From positions 355,738 through 419,737 of the forward strand of contig CAWDUP010000004.1 of the NCBI GenBank assembly GCA_963805505.1: DNA of 64,000 nucleotides, read 5' to 3'. A model generated the notes under the pieces. That model had not been told where the DNA came from, made no database searches, and saw nothing but the letters and a program-made list of their open reading frames with translations. Position numbers and translations under genes: made by a program. Source of the DNA: an uncultured Actinomycetota bacterium. GTDB taxonomy: Bacteria; Actinomycetota; Actinomycetes; DATJPE01. Of this stretch, positions 39,884 to 49,741 are shown piece after piece. Numbering within the stretch: the first letter of the stretch is position 1; the number at the start of each line of letters is the position of its first letter.

Positions 39884-41848
39884 ATGGTCGCTGCGCCGCG
39901 TGGGCCGATCACCGTGCTGGCGGTGACGGTCGTCGTGTGCTTCGCGGCCTGGATGGCCTGGTTCATCGGCGGCCACACGTTCGCGGATGCTTTCGACTCA
40001 TATCTGCTGTCGAACACCGCGCTAGGCGTCACGTTCACAGCCTTCGGTGTGCTCGTCCTGGCCCATCGGCCCAAGCACACGGTTGGCCGGCTGTTCATCG
40101 CCTTCGGTGCCTGCTACGCAGCGAGCGTCGCCTGCTTGGGACTCGTCTCTGGCGCCCTCCCCTTGTCGGCAGGCGTGGAGCGGTGGATCACCGTCGTCGG
40201 CATCACCGTCTGGATCCCCGCGCCTTTGGTGGTCCTCCCGCTGATCCTCCAGCTGTTCCCTGACGGGCGACCACTTTCCTCTCGCTGGCGCCCTTTCGTT
40301 GCCGTCACCCTGGCCCTCACCGCGACTGCACCACTCCTGGCCCTGGCACCCGGATCGATCGAAGACGAGCCGATCACCGATCCCAGTCCGCTGCTGCCTG
40401 CCCGTGCCGGCGAGGTGGTCCAGGCAGTCCTACCGTTCTTCACTGCTCTAGCCGCGGCCACCCTGCTGGTCAGCCTCGGCTCGCTAGCCCTCCGGGCGCG
40501 GAGATCGATCGGAGTCGAGCGGCTGCAGGTCATGTGGCTGCTCTGGGCGGTCGCCGTATTCGTCGTGCTCAACGCCCAACGCCTGGTCACCACCGACGGG
40601 CCGATCCTGTTCGTGCTGACCCTGGCACTGATCCCTGCGGCCGGCACGGTGGCCATCGTGCGATACCACCTGTACGACATCCGCCTCATCGTCAACCGTT
40701 CTGCGGTCTACGGGATCCTCACGGGAGGGGTCGTCCTGGCCTACCTCTCACTTGTGGCCGTCACGGCAGCGCTGGTCGGGGATCACACGCGAGCGGGAGC
40801 CTTGCTGGCGACCGGCTTGGTCGCTGTCGCATTCGCCCCTGCGCGGGCACGCGTGCAGGCACGCGTCGACCGCCTCATGTACGGCCGCCGACGCGACCCG
40901 GCGCAAGCTGCCGCGACCGTTGTGGTCCGCCTGGGGGACGGCCTTGACGGGGTCCTGCGGGCGACGTGCGAAGCGTTGGCACTTCCCTACGCCGCCGTTA
41001 GCTCGAACGGACGCATCGTCGCTTCGCACGGCGTGCTCCCGGACCTTCGACACACGTTTGCGCTAGACGCACCCGAAGGCTCCGGGGCAGACCTGCTCGT
41101 GGGCCTGCGCGTCGGCGAGACGCGACTGTCCGGCTCAGACGAAAGAGCCCTGGATCTGTTGAGAGCCCCCATCTCGGTCGCTTGGCAAGCCATGGTGCTG
41201 TCCGAGGATCTCCTTGACTCCCGCGCGCGCATCGTTGCGAGCCGCGAGGAGGAGAGACGCCGCCTGCGCCGAGATCTCCACGATGCCCTCGGCGGTTCGC
41301 TCACCGCGGTGAGCCTCAAGGTCGACGCAGCGCTCAACCTGAGAATGACTGACCCTGGGGGGTCCGCGGAGCTGTTGACGGGAGTACGGGCCGATCTGAC
41401 CGGAGTCATCGATGACATCCGTCGACTCGTGAACGCCTTGCGCCCTCAACCCCTGGACGACCTCGGCCTCGTCGGGGCACTTCGGCAACGCGCCGATCAC
41501 GCCTGGAGCCGAGAAGACGGCACGTTCCTCGTCACCATCGACGCACCCGAGCCGATGCCGGCGATGCCGGCAGCCGTGGAGGTGGCGGCTTACCGGATCG
41601 CGTCGGAGGCGGTGACGAACACCATGCGACACGCACAGGCTCGCCGCTGCGCCATCACCATGCGTGTGGACGGCGACCTCTACCTCGAGGTCAGAGACGA
41701 TGGGGCGGACTGCACCAAGCCATGGCAGGTCGGCGTCGGTCTGACGTCAATGGCCGAGCGGGCGACCGAGCTTGGCGGGCGGCTGGTGGCCGGTCCGACG
41801 GACCACGGCGGCCGGGTCCACGCGGTATTGCCTCTGGAGCCGGCATGA
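39884..41848 (+). CDS. multi-TM sensor histidine kinase (HisKA_3)
   Basis: ~9 N-terminal TM helices. H-box EERRRLRRDLHDALGGSL. HATPase region (RDDGAD, GVGLTSMAERA). Confidence 0.85.
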   Translation: MVAAPRGPITVLAVTVVVCFAAWMAWFIGGHTFADAFDSYLLSNTALGVTFTAFGVLVLAHRPKHTVGRLFIAFGACYAASVACLGLVSGALPLSAGVERWITVVGITVWIPAPLVVLPLILQLFPDGRPLSSRWRPFVAVTLALTATAPLLALAPGSIEDEPITDPSPLLPARAGEVVQAVLPFFTALAAATLLVSLGSLALRARRSIGVERLQVMWLLWAVAVFVVLNAQRLVTTDGPILFVLTLALIPAAGTVAIVRYHLYDIRLIVNRSAVYGILTGGVVLAYLSLVAVTAALVGDHTRAGALLATGLVAVAFAPARARVQARVDRLMYGRRRDPAQAAATVVVRLGDGLDGVLRATCEALALPYAAVSSNGRIVASHGVLPDLRHTFALDAPEGSGADLLVGLRVGETRLSGSDERALDLLRAPISVAWQAMVLSEDLLDSRARIVASREEERRRLRRDLHDALGGSLTAVSLKVDAALNLRMTDPGGSAELLTGVRADLTGVIDDIRRLVNALRPQPLDDLGLVGALRQRADHAWSREDGTFLVTIDAPEPMPAMPAAVEVAAYRIASEAVTNTMRHAQARRCAITMRVDGDLYLEVRDDGADCTKPWQVGVGLTSMAERATELGGRLVAGPTDHGGRVHAVLPLEPA

Positions 41849-42558
41849 CCGTCGAGCAGTCCCCTGCTGCGTCACCGCCTGCGGAATCACTGACCGAAGA
41901 CACGCCAATTCGGCTCCTCATCGTGGACGACCACCCCCTCATGAGGGACGCGCTGCGCGCATTGATGAGCTCACTTCCCGACTTCGTGGTCGTCGGCGAG
42001 GCCAGCGACGGACTGACCGCACCGAGGGAGGTGCAGCTGACCCGGCCCGACGTCGTCATCATGGATCTGCATCTACCGGGCGCCAGCGGCATTGACGCCA
42101 CCCGAGCCATCAGAGAGCGTTCCCCGAGCACGAAAGTCCTTGTGCTGACCATGCTCGAGGACGACGACTCGGTCTTCGCAGCCATGCGCGCGGGGGCAGC
42201 GGGCTACGTGGTCAAAGGTGCGCAACAGGACGAGATCGTCCGGTCCATTCGGTCGGTCGCTGCTGGCCAGGCAGTATTCGGCCCAGCCATCGCCGGTCGC
42301 ATGAAGGACTTCTTTGCGCGCGGCTCCGCCAGCTCCAGCCCCAACGCGCCCTTCCCAGAGCTGACCCCTCGCGAACGCGAGATCCTCGACCTCGTCGCCC
42401 AGGGCCGATCAAACTCATCGATTGCGCACACACTGGTGATCAGCACCAAGACGGTCAGCAACCACATCTCCGCCATCTTCGCGAAGCTGGCCGTGGCGGA
42501 TCGCTCCGAGGCCATCGTTCGGGCCCGCCAGGCCGGCCTCGGAGGCACGACGGACTGA
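41845..42558 (+). CDS. response regulator, NarL/LuxR family
   Basis: ATGA overlap with the kinase. IRLLIVDDHPLMRDAL...DVVIMDLHLPG plus the LuxR HTH REREILDLVAQGRSNSSIAHTLVISTKTVSNHI. Confidence 0.9.
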   Translation: MTVEQSPAASPPAESLTEDTPIRLLIVDDHPLMRDALRALMSSLPDFVVVGEASDGLTAPREVQLTRPDVVIMDLHLPGASGIDATRAIRERSPSTKVLVLTMLEDDDSVFAAMRAGAAGYVVKGAQQDEIVRSIRSVAAGQAVFGPAIAGRMKDFFARGSASSSPNAPFPELTPREREILDLVAQGRSNSSIAHTLVISTKTVSNHISAIFAKLAVADRSEAIVRARQAGLGGTTD

Positions 42559-42574
42559 GTGCCCGATCGAAGAT

Positions 42575-42850
42575 TCAGCCTCCGGCAACAGCAGGGATGA
42601 CCGAGACCGAACACCCGTCGGGAGTCGCCGTCCCGAGTCCCTCGGCGAACCGTACGTCGTCATCGTTGACGTAGACGTTGACGAAGCGCCTCAGCTTGCC
42701 CTCGTCGTCGAGAACGCGAGCCCCGATCCCGGGGTGGGCATCGTCCAGCGCCGCAACGACCTCCGCGACGGTGCCACCCTCGACAGACACCTCTGCCGCG
42801 CCGCCGGTGTACTGGCGCAAGATCGTGGGAATCCGAACGGTGACGCTCAT
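42575..42850 (-). CDS. MoaD/ThiS-family sulfur-carrier protein ending in Gly-Gly (CysO/MetO-like)
   Basis: 91 aa with IPTILRQYTGG...VNVYVNDDDVRF...VSVIPAVAGG-stop. Its start overlaps the stop of the upstream PLP enzyme (TGATG). Confidence 0.8.
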   Translation of the reverse strand: MSVTVRIPTILRQYTGGAAEVSVEGGTVAEVVAALDDAHPGIGARVLDDEGKLRRFVNVYVNDDDVRFAEGLGTATPDGCSVSVIPAVAGG

Positions 42851-44130
42851 CAGGACACAACCTCTCGGAAGGCTTCCAGGGAAGGACTGATCGTCGCAGA
42901 CGGTCCGACCACCGAAGCGACCGCATCGAGGGTCTTGAGGCCGTCTCCCGTATTCAGGATGACGGTCTCCGCTGCAGGGTCCAAGGCCCCTTCCGCCAGC
43001 AGGGCACGCAGGACGGCCACGGTGACACCGCCCGCGGTCTCCGCGAAAATCCCTTCGGTTTCCGCCAACAACCGGATGCCTTCGATCACCTGCTGGTCCG
43101 AGACGTCGCCGACGGCGCCACCGGTACGTCGTACGACGTCTAGGGCGTACGGACCGTCAGCGGGGTTGCCGATCGCCAACGACTTGGCGATCGTCTGGGG
43201 GCGCACAGGACTGACGACGTCGTGGCCCGCCCGCCATGCCTGGGCCACGGGTGAGCATCCGGTGGCTTGCGCGCCGAACACCCGGTATGGCGTGTCCTCC
43301 ACCAGCCCTAGCTTTGCCCACTCCCTAAAGGCCTTGTCGACCTTGGTCAGCAATGAGCCAGACGCGACCGGCGCCACGATCTGTTCCGGCAGCCGCCAGC
43401 CGAGCGCCTCGGCCACTTCGTAGCCGACCGTCTTGGAGCCCTCGGCGTAGTAGGGCCTGAGGTTCACGTTGACGAAGCCCCAGTCCGCCTTGTCCGGCTC
43501 TCCGGCGATCTCCGAGCACAACCGGTTGACGTCGTCATACGTCCCGTCGACTGCCACCAGCGTGCCGCCGTACACCGCCGTGGTCAGGACCTTGCCCGCC
43601 TCGAGGTCGGAGGGGATGACCACCACGGAACGCAGCCCGGCCCGGGCGGCTGCAGCTGCCACGGCATTGGCCAGGTTGCCGGTGGAGGCACAAGCGATAG
43701 TGCGTATTGCGAGCGGGCGAGCCGCCGCGAGGGCAACGGCGACAACTCTGTCCTTGAACGAGTGCGTGGGGTTACCGCTGTCGTCCTTGACCCACAACGC
43801 CTTCATGCCGAGAGCGCGAGCAAGGTTGTCGGCCCGCACCAGCTGGGTGCACCCGGGCGCCAGATTGGGGAGACCGGCAACGCCTTCTGGCACCGGGAGG
43901 AGATCGCGGTAGCGCCAGATCGAGTGCGGACCCGCCTCGATCCGCTCGCGGATCGCGAAGCCCTGCCCCAGGTCGTAGGCGACCTCCAGCGGCCCGAAGC
44001 AGTCCTCGCAGGCATACCGAGCCCCGAGGGCGTACGTGCGTCCGCACTCGCGGCAGGTCAATCCGACGGCTGAGCCCAACGAACCGGGAGGCAGATCGGT
44101 CCGGGCAGTGGAATCGATGGATGCGGTCAC
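42850..44130 (-). CDS. threonine-synthase-family PLP enzyme with N-terminal zinc ribbon (MetM-like candidate)
   Basis: CRECG...CEDCFGPLEV ribbon. PLP lysine block NPTHSFKDRV. GNLANAVAA. ~427 aa from GTG 44130, which lies 17 nt after the riboswitch P1 stem. Confidence 0.85.
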   Translation of the reverse strand: MTASIDSTARTDLPPGSLGSAVGLTCRECGRTYALGARYACEDCFGPLEVAYDLGQGFAIRERIEAGPHSIWRYRDLLPVPEGVAGLPNLAPGCTQLVRADNLARALGMKALWVKDDSGNPTHSFKDRVVAVALAAARPLAIRTIACASTGNLANAVAAAAARAGLRSVVVIPSDLEAGKVLTTAVYGGTLVAVDGTYDDVNRLCSEIAGEPDKADWGFVNVNLRPYYAEGSKTVGYEVAEALGWRLPEQIVAPVASGSLLTKVDKAFREWAKLGLVEDTPYRVFGAQATGCSPVAQAWRAGHDVVSPVRPQTIAKSLAIGNPADGPYALDVVRRTGGAVGDVSDQQVIEGIRLLAETEGIFAETAGGVTVAVLRALLAEGALDPAAETVILNTGDGLKTLDAVASVVGPSATISPSLEAFREVVS

Positions 44131-44143
44131 GCGAGAAGCCTTT

Positions 44144-44295
44144 CTTCTCATCTTCCCCGGCGAAACGCACCGGGACGGACGTGGCACCTGTCGTTCCCCG
44201 CGATCTGACTGCATTCAGACGACTGCGCTGTGCGGGTGCGATGGTTGCCGGGGCTTCGTCGGGCCGTGTCCCTCTGCCCCTCTGGATGAGCGGTA
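44144..44295 (-). promoter_or_regulatory. SAM-I (S-box) riboswitch
   Basis: The minus strand reads CUCAUCCAGAGGGGCAGAGGGACACGGCCCGACGAAGCCCCGGCAACC...CAGGUGCCACGUCCGUCCC...GGGGAAGAUGAG. It has the P1 stem CUCAUC/GAUGAG and the conserved S-box core blocks. Confidence 0.85.
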
Positions 44296-44438
44296 TGAAG
44301 TTGTCGCGCGACGCCTGATGTGCCAGGTGAGCCGTACGTGTTGGAGACTGTAGCGAAAGCCACCGCAGCCATCCGATGACCGTCCGGCTGGCGAGACAGC
44401 ACTAGCAGGCCATCACCGGCACAGTTCAGGAGGCGTTC

Positions 44439-45410
44439 GTGCGGCCCGACGTGACCCGCTGGTTTGCCCGGCGAACCTCGGTCGCCGCCGACTGGCCGGT
44501 GACAAACCTGCTCGCCGCCAAGGCGAGCACGTCGATCAGCGTCGTTCTGCCGGCGCTGGACGAGGAAGCGACCGTCGCATCCATCGTGGACGCCATCGTC
44601 ACCGACCTTGCCAGCGGTCCTGACCCCCTCGTAGACGAGGTCGTCGTCATGGACAGCGGCAGCAGCGACCGTACGGCAGCGGTCGCGGCCGCGGCCGGTG
44701 CGCGCATCGTGCGCGGAGACAGCGTGCTGCCTCAGCTTCCCCATGTCATCGGCAAGGGTGAGGCCCTCTGGCGATCGCTGGCCGCGACGAGCGGCGACAT
44801 CGTGGTGTTCGTCGACGCCGATCTCGAGTCCTTCTCGGCCAACGTGGTCACGGGGTTGCTCGGTCCATTGCTCACCGACTCGAGCGTCGAGCTGGTCAAG
44901 GGCTTCTACGACCGCCCCCTGCGCGACGGCGACTCGCTGCTGACCAACGGAGGGGGACGCGTGACGGAACTCGTCGCAAGGCCGATCCTCAACCTGCACT
45001 GGCCAGAACTGGCGGGTGTGGTGCAGCCGCTGGTCGGCGAGTACGCCGCCCGTCGGCCGCTGCTCGAGGCACTGCCGTTCCCCACCGGCTACGGCATCGA
45101 GCTGGCGATGCTCGTTGACACCCTGGAGTCGGTCGGGCTCGATGCCATCGCCCAGGTCGATCTCGGGGTTCGCCATCACCAACACCAGAGCGAACATTCG
45201 CTGGGTCGCATGGCGGCTCAGATCTGGCAGGCAGCGCTGCACCGACTCGATCCCGACGGACACACGTGGCGCAGCCACGCGCTTGGCGCAACGCTGGCGC
45301 AGTTCGAGAGGGTCGACGGCGCCTACGTCGCGACGAGCCACGACGTCTCGGTCACCGAACGGCCGCCGATGTCGCAGCTGCGCCGCGAACTGGCCCGTCG
45401 AGCGTCTTGA
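44439..45410 (+). CDS. gpgS: glucosyl-3-phosphoglycerate synthase
   Basis: GT81-type blocks ISVVLPALDEE, VVVMDSGSSDRT, GKGEALWRSL, VFVDADL. GTG follows AGGAGG. Confidence 0.82.
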   Translation: MRPDVTRWFARRTSVAADWPVTNLLAAKASTSISVVLPALDEEATVASIVDAIVTDLASGPDPLVDEVVVMDSGSSDRTAAVAAAAGARIVRGDSVLPQLPHVIGKGEALWRSLAATSGDIVVFVDADLESFSANVVTGLLGPLLTDSSVELVKGFYDRPLRDGDSLLTNGGGRVTELVARPILNLHWPELAGVVQPLVGEYAARRPLLEALPFPTGYGIELAMLVDTLESVGLDAIAQVDLGVRHHQHQSEHSLGRMAAQIWQAALHRLDPDGHTWRSHALGATLAQFERVDGAYVATSHDVSVTERPPMSQLRRELARRAS

Positions 45411-45429
45411 CCTGAGCGGCGGGTCGGCT

Positions 45430-45849
45430 GTGAGTCAGTTGCCACGCAAGATCAGAGCACGCCAGGTCGTTAACGCAGTCAACCTCTCGACCCTGTTAGG
45501 TCTCGTGGCGGCTCGGGCGGGCGGGGCTCGACTCGAACCTGGGCCGGACGGGCTGGTCCTGGCCCACGGCTACCGCCACCGACTGCCGCGGGCTGCCGCT
45601 TTCACCGTGGGCAACGTGATCATCACCAAGCACCCGGCGGGCTACCTCACCGGTCGACCGGCGCTGCTTCGACACGAAGGAAGGCACAGCGACCAGTGGG
45701 CCTGCTGGGTCGGACTGCCCTTTCTGGCCGCATACGGCGTCGCGGCTGGTTGGTCGAAGCTTCGCACCGGTAGCCCCGCGCTGGGCAACACCTTCGAGCG
45801 ACGAGCCGGACTCGTCGACGGTGGCTACCTACCTGAGGGGGCACGCTGA
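45430..45849 (+). CDS. hypothetical membrane-associated protein
   Basis: Coding-like segment of the longer track ORF from GTG 45430. It has two hydrophobic stretches. No family recognised. Confidence 0.45.
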   Translation: MSQLPRKIRARQVVNAVNLSTLLGLVAARAGGARLEPGPDGLVLAHGYRHRLPRAAAFTVGNVIITKHPAGYLTGRPALLRHEGRHSDQWACWVGLPFLAAYGVAAGWSKLRTGSPALGNTFERRAGLVDGGYLPEGAR

Positions 45850-45857
45850 AACGGTGA

Positions 45858-46700
45858 TCACCGGTCGAGGCTCGCCAGCACCCAGGTGAGGAGCGACACG
45901 ACGCCGGCCGGCCCCTCCACAACCAGATCAGCGGCTTCGCCCACCGCGGCCGCCTCTGCCGACTCGGCGGCGACGGTCAGCCCCGTGCACTGACCCGAGG
46001 CGCGCAACGCGTCGACCGCGGCGAAGGCGGCAAGGTCTCCGAGGTCATCACCGACGAAGACCACAGTTTCAACCGCGTGATCCGCGACCAGCCCGCGCAG
46101 CGCCGTGCCCTTGTCGGAACCTGCGGTGCGGAGCTCCACGACGTAGCGGCCGGGTTCGACCGTCAGGTCGTACGTCTTCGCGATGGCCGTGAGCTCGGGA
46201 ACAACGACGGCGATGGCGGAGTCTGGGTCCGCGCTCTGGCGGCTGTGCACGGCAACGGCCGAGCCCTTCTCCTCAACCATCAGACCGGGAATGCCGACGG
46301 ACAGCAGCAGCTGTTTCACTGCCTCGACTGCTCCCCCGGGCAACGGCTCGGGGGCTTCCAGGAGCTCGCCACCGACCCAGCGCTGTGCGCCGTAGGCGCC
46401 CAGGACGATCAGCCCGGGTACGCGCTCGAGACCCCCGAGCTCAGCAGCTGTCAGTGCCGGGCGGCCGGTGATGACCGCCGCGGCAGCCAGTTGCGGTGCC
46501 AGCGCGGCCAACGCTTCGACGGCCCCCGGTGCGGGGACTGCCTTGGTGGGGTCGTCGACGATCGGGGCCAGGGTGCCGTCGTAGTCACAGGCCACGAGGG
46601 TCCGCTCCGGGTGCGCCAGCCAGCCGGCCAAGCCGCGCCGGCCGGGGGCGGAGGACGGGACCGGAGGCTCGGCCGTGCCGTCAGCGTGCGGCGAGGTCAC
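45858..46700 (-). CDS. otsB: trehalose-phosphate phosphatase (HAD-IIB)
   Basis: LVACDYDGTLAPIVDDP motif I. TGR...; GSDKG; VFVGDDLGD. Confidence 0.78.
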   Translation of the reverse strand: MTSPHADGTAEPPVPSSAPGRRGLAGWLAHPERTLVACDYDGTLAPIVDDPTKAVPAPGAVEALAALAPQLAAAAVITGRPALTAAELGGLERVPGLIVLGAYGAQRWVGGELLEAPEPLPGGAVEAVKQLLLSVGIPGLMVEEKGSAVAVHSRQSADPDSAIAVVVPELTAIAKTYDLTVEPGRYVVELRTAGSDKGTALRGLVADHAVETVVFVGDDLGDLAAFAAVDALRASGQCTGLTVAAESAEAAAVGEAADLVVEGPAGVVSLLTWVLASLDR

Positions 46701-46715
46701 AACTGTTACTTCAAC

Positions 46716-47405
46716 TCAGCCGGGAGCGCTGGTGAGGATGACCGTCAGCCGATCAGCGCGCATGCCGGAGACGCGCGGCAGCACGCGGTTGACGCCGAGG
46801 TCGCGAGCGAGCAGCTTGGCCTCGGACGAGTGCCCTGGCGCGTAGTAGACCGTGGTGGACACGACGTTGCCCCGCCAATTGCCGACTCCTGCGATGGTCC
46901 AGCCCTTCGCCTTGAGACTCGCACCGGTTCGCGCAGCCAGGCCGGTGATCGAGGTCTGGTTGAGAACCACGACCGGCGTCTCGCGCGTCACGGTCGGCGT
47001 CTTCGTCTTCGAGGGCTTGGGTGATGACGTCGGCTTGGCGGACTTGGTCCCCTCGGGGGACTTCGACGGCTTCTTCGACTTGCTCGGACTCGGCGAATCC
47101 GTCGGCGACGCGCTCGGCGTGACCGTCGGAGGCGCGGCCTGGGTCGGCGAGGTCTGGGGCAGCCCGGTCACCGTGGTGTCGGCCAGCGCGTCCGGCGATG
47201 AAGCGGCGGTCACCCAGCCGTAGACCCCGACACCGACAGCCACGACAGCGACCGCGACGACCACCACCGGGAGAAGGGTCGACGCCGCCGAACGCTGCGC
47301 GCGGTGGCTGCCGGCTCGAGGTGTGCCGGGAGTGGTCCCGGGTTCGGGGGTCGGGTGTCCGGCGCCGCCCGGTGGCAGCGCCGGATCAGAAGGGCCTTCG
47401 CTCAC
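46716..47405 (-). CDS. LytR_C domain membrane protein
   Basis: N-terminal TM, a Pro/Ser/Thr-rich linker, and the C-terminal block VVVLNQTSITGLAAR...YYAPG...LARDLG. Confidence 0.75.
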   Translation of the reverse strand: MSEGPSDPALPPGGAGHPTPEPGTTPGTPRAGSHRAQRSAASTLLPVVVVAVAVVAVGVGVYGWVTAASSPDALADTTVTGLPQTSPTQAAPPTVTPSASPTDSPSPSKSKKPSKSPEGTKSAKPTSSPKPSKTKTPTVTRETPVVVLNQTSITGLAARTGASLKAKGWTIAGVGNWRGNVVSTTVYYAPGHSSEAKLLARDLGVNRVLPRVSGMRADRLTVILTSAPG

Positions 47406-47704
47406 GCCTCGATGCCGAGGCGACGCGCAGAACGTGCGCGCTGGCGGGCCGTGCGAAGGCGCCGCAACCGCTTGACCAGCATGGGGTCGTGGGCGAGCGC
47501 GGCCGGATCATCGATGAGGGTGTTCAGCACCTGGTAGTAGCGGGTGGCGGACAGGTCGAACAGCTCACGGACCGCCTGCTCCTTCGCGCCGGCGTACTTC
47601 CACCACTGTCGCTCGAAGGCGAGGATCTGCTCGGCGCGCTCGTCGAGAGGACTTGGCTCCGCCTGCTCCCCGGCCCGGGTGGTCGGAACGAACGCCGCGT
47701 CCAT
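47402..47704 (-). CDS. DUF3263 domain protein
   Basis: ILAFERQWWKYAGAKEQAVRELFDLSATRYYQVLNTLID. 4-nt overlap with the downstream LytR_C gene. Confidence 0.8.
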   Translation of the reverse strand: MDAAFVPTTRAGEQAEPSPLDERAEQILAFERQWWKYAGAKEQAVRELFDLSATRYYQVLNTLIDDPAALAHDPMLVKRLRRLRTARQRARSARRLGIEA

Positions 47705-47854
47705 CGCTGGCTCCTCGATGTGTCTGCTGGATAGGTGTCGAGCGGGTCATCACGTGTGTGCGGCCCGGGCTTCCCCTCCCGAGCCGCAGGGCCATCGTAC
47801 GACCCAAACCACAGCCATGTCATTCACCCGGCCGAACAGAGTCTCCGGCAGCGA

Positions 47855-49258
47855 TCACCCCTCCGGGCTCGCCGATCCTGGGTGACTCAGCGTGACCAGC
47901 GCCTTCTCTCGCAGACGAGCCAGTCGGTCGTTGTCAGCTCCGTCGAAGCCCTGTTCCGCGATGGTCGCCGTGAGTCGCTCCAGCTGGGCACGTAGGACGT
48001 CCCGATCGGCAGCCCGCGTCGCACACCAGCCGACTTGACCGAGTAGGCGGCTCAGCTCCGCCAGCACGTCAGGGTCGGACCGGCCGTACCGAAGCGGTGC
48101 ACCCACGGCCAGCTCCAGCAGCGCGGCGAAGTCCGGCCGAGCCAGGATCACCCGTGCCCGGCCGTTCTGGTCACGCAAGGTGACCGCGCCGAGCTGGCGG
48201 CCGAGAAGTTCGGCGAGCAGCGCCGCGCTGTGACCAAGGGCGTGCACGGCCGTCGTCGGATCGTTGACCCCAGGTGAGAGGGCCCGAGACGCGACATCGG
48301 TGATCTGCCGCAGGCCGTAGGCCACATCCTGGGCTGCCGTCCGCTCGGGGCCGGTCGAGACGGCGTCGACGACCATGTCCTGCACCCTCGTCCGAGACTC
48401 AGCTGTCAAGACCCCGCTCGAGGCGCGGCGGACCCGTCCGATCGGGGTACCTTCCACCAGCAGGCTCCCGGGTTCCTGGTCCAGCACGAGCACGGCGTCA
48501 ACGTCGGTGGCCACGTCGAGAAGTGCCCCCTCGTCGACGGACGTGAAGAATCCCGAGCCTCCGGCCAGGACAGAAAGCCATCGCTCGTCGTCAGAGCGAT
48601 CGGGGTCGTCGATCCTCGGCGCCGCATCGTCAGACTGAGCGTCGTCGTCGGCAGCGCGCGCGACGAGCACCCGATCGATGGTGTCCTCGGCCTCGGCGCG
48701 GACCCGAGAGAGCATCGTCTCGACGCGGATCTCGCGTACCAGGTGCGACAGGAAGAACACCAGCATCAAGACGCTGGCGACCGTGAGGACGTACGCCCCC
48801 GTCACGGCGACCTGCGGAACGACCTCTGCCTGATCAGGCCCGTCGGAGCGAATGGCGCGCAGCACCGTGAGTGAGTAGACGAACGTGGCCAGGAACAACG
48901 CCAGCGTCACATGGACGAAGCCATCGCGAGTGAAGGTGCGGAGCAATCGGGGAGAGTATTGACTGCTGGCCAGCTGCAAAGTCACGACGGTCAGCGAGAA
49001 CGTCAGCGACGTGACGGTGATCAGCGACCCGGAGATCGCGGCGAGCACCGACCGAGCCGCGTCGGCCCCACCGCCGAAGAGCCGGTCGGTGAGCGCGGTC
49101 GGGAACGCGCCGGTCGTGTCGAGGCGGGTCAGGAGTACAGCGAGGCCGACGGCGAGGACCACACCGATCGCCGGGAGCGGCCACAGCTGGGTGCGTACCG
49201 CATCGACGACCACGGAGTAGCGGCGCCATACCCCTGACGACTGACGTGAAGAGCTCAT
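47855..49258 (-). CDS. DUF2254-like membrane protein
   Basis: N-terminal LWPLPAIGVVLAVGLAVLL plus three more TM helices and a large soluble C-terminal domain. ATG at 49258. Confidence 0.7.
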   Translation of the reverse strand: MSSSRQSSGVWRRYSVVVDAVRTQLWPLPAIGVVLAVGLAVLLTRLDTTGAFPTALTDRLFGGGADAARSVLAAISGSLITVTSLTFSLTVVTLQLASSQYSPRLLRTFTRDGFVHVTLALFLATFVYSLTVLRAIRSDGPDQAEVVPQVAVTGAYVLTVASVLMLVFFLSHLVREIRVETMLSRVRAEAEDTIDRVLVARAADDDAQSDDAAPRIDDPDRSDDERWLSVLAGGSGFFTSVDEGALLDVATDVDAVLVLDQEPGSLLVEGTPIGRVRRASSGVLTAESRTRVQDMVVDAVSTGPERTAAQDVAYGLRQITDVASRALSPGVNDPTTAVHALGHSAALLAELLGRQLGAVTLRDQNGRARVILARPDFAALLELAVGAPLRYGRSDPDVLAELSRLLGQVGWCATRAADRDVLRAQLERLTATIAEQGFDGADNDRLARLREKALVTLSHPGSASPEG

Positions 49259-49335
49259 CCCCCGATCCTTCCGTACCCGCGCACGAGACCTGCCTGCTAC
49301 CACCGTGGGTGCGCACCTAGGCCTAGCCTCCTGTC

Positions 49336-49683
49336 ATGACCTGCCATGCCATCGATGCCTCAACGGTCGGCCTCTCCGACGCACCCCTGCAGCCGGAGCA
49401 GGTGAGATCCGGCGCCCCCCGGGTGGCTGCTGTCGCCCTTCGCGACACCGGCGACCTTGAGGTCGGTGTGTGGGAGCACACGGTCGGAGTGTCCACCGAT
49501 GTCGAGGCGGATGAGGTGTTCGTCGTGCTCACCGGGCGAGCGACGGTCGACGTCGCCGGCGGGCCGAGCCTGGAGCTGCGCCCCGGCGTCGTCGGATTCC
49601 TCGACTCCGGAGCCGAGACGACGTGGACGGTCCACGAGACGCTCCGCAAGGTGTACGTCGCGCCCGCGATGCTCCCCAGCTGA
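49336..49683 (+). CDS. cupin domain protein (EutQ/DUF861-like)
   Basis: 115 aa with GVWEHTVGVSTDVEADEVFVVLTGRATV. Confidence 0.65.
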   Translation: MTCHAIDASTVGLSDAPLQPEQVRSGAPRVAAVALRDTGDLEVGVWEHTVGVSTDVEADEVFVVLTGRATVDVAGGPSLELRPGVVGFLDSGAETTWTVHETLRKVYVAPAMLPS

Positions 49684-49741
49684 TCGCCGTCAGCAGACAG
49701 GCGGGGGCGGTGGACGATGGCGATAGACGGACGCCTCGCTG

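Noticed and set aside
39850-39927. 25-codon upstream ORF overlapping the start of the second histidine kinase
   Set aside because: It has no RBS, no conserved-looking peptide and poor codon bias. It is probably a chance ORF.
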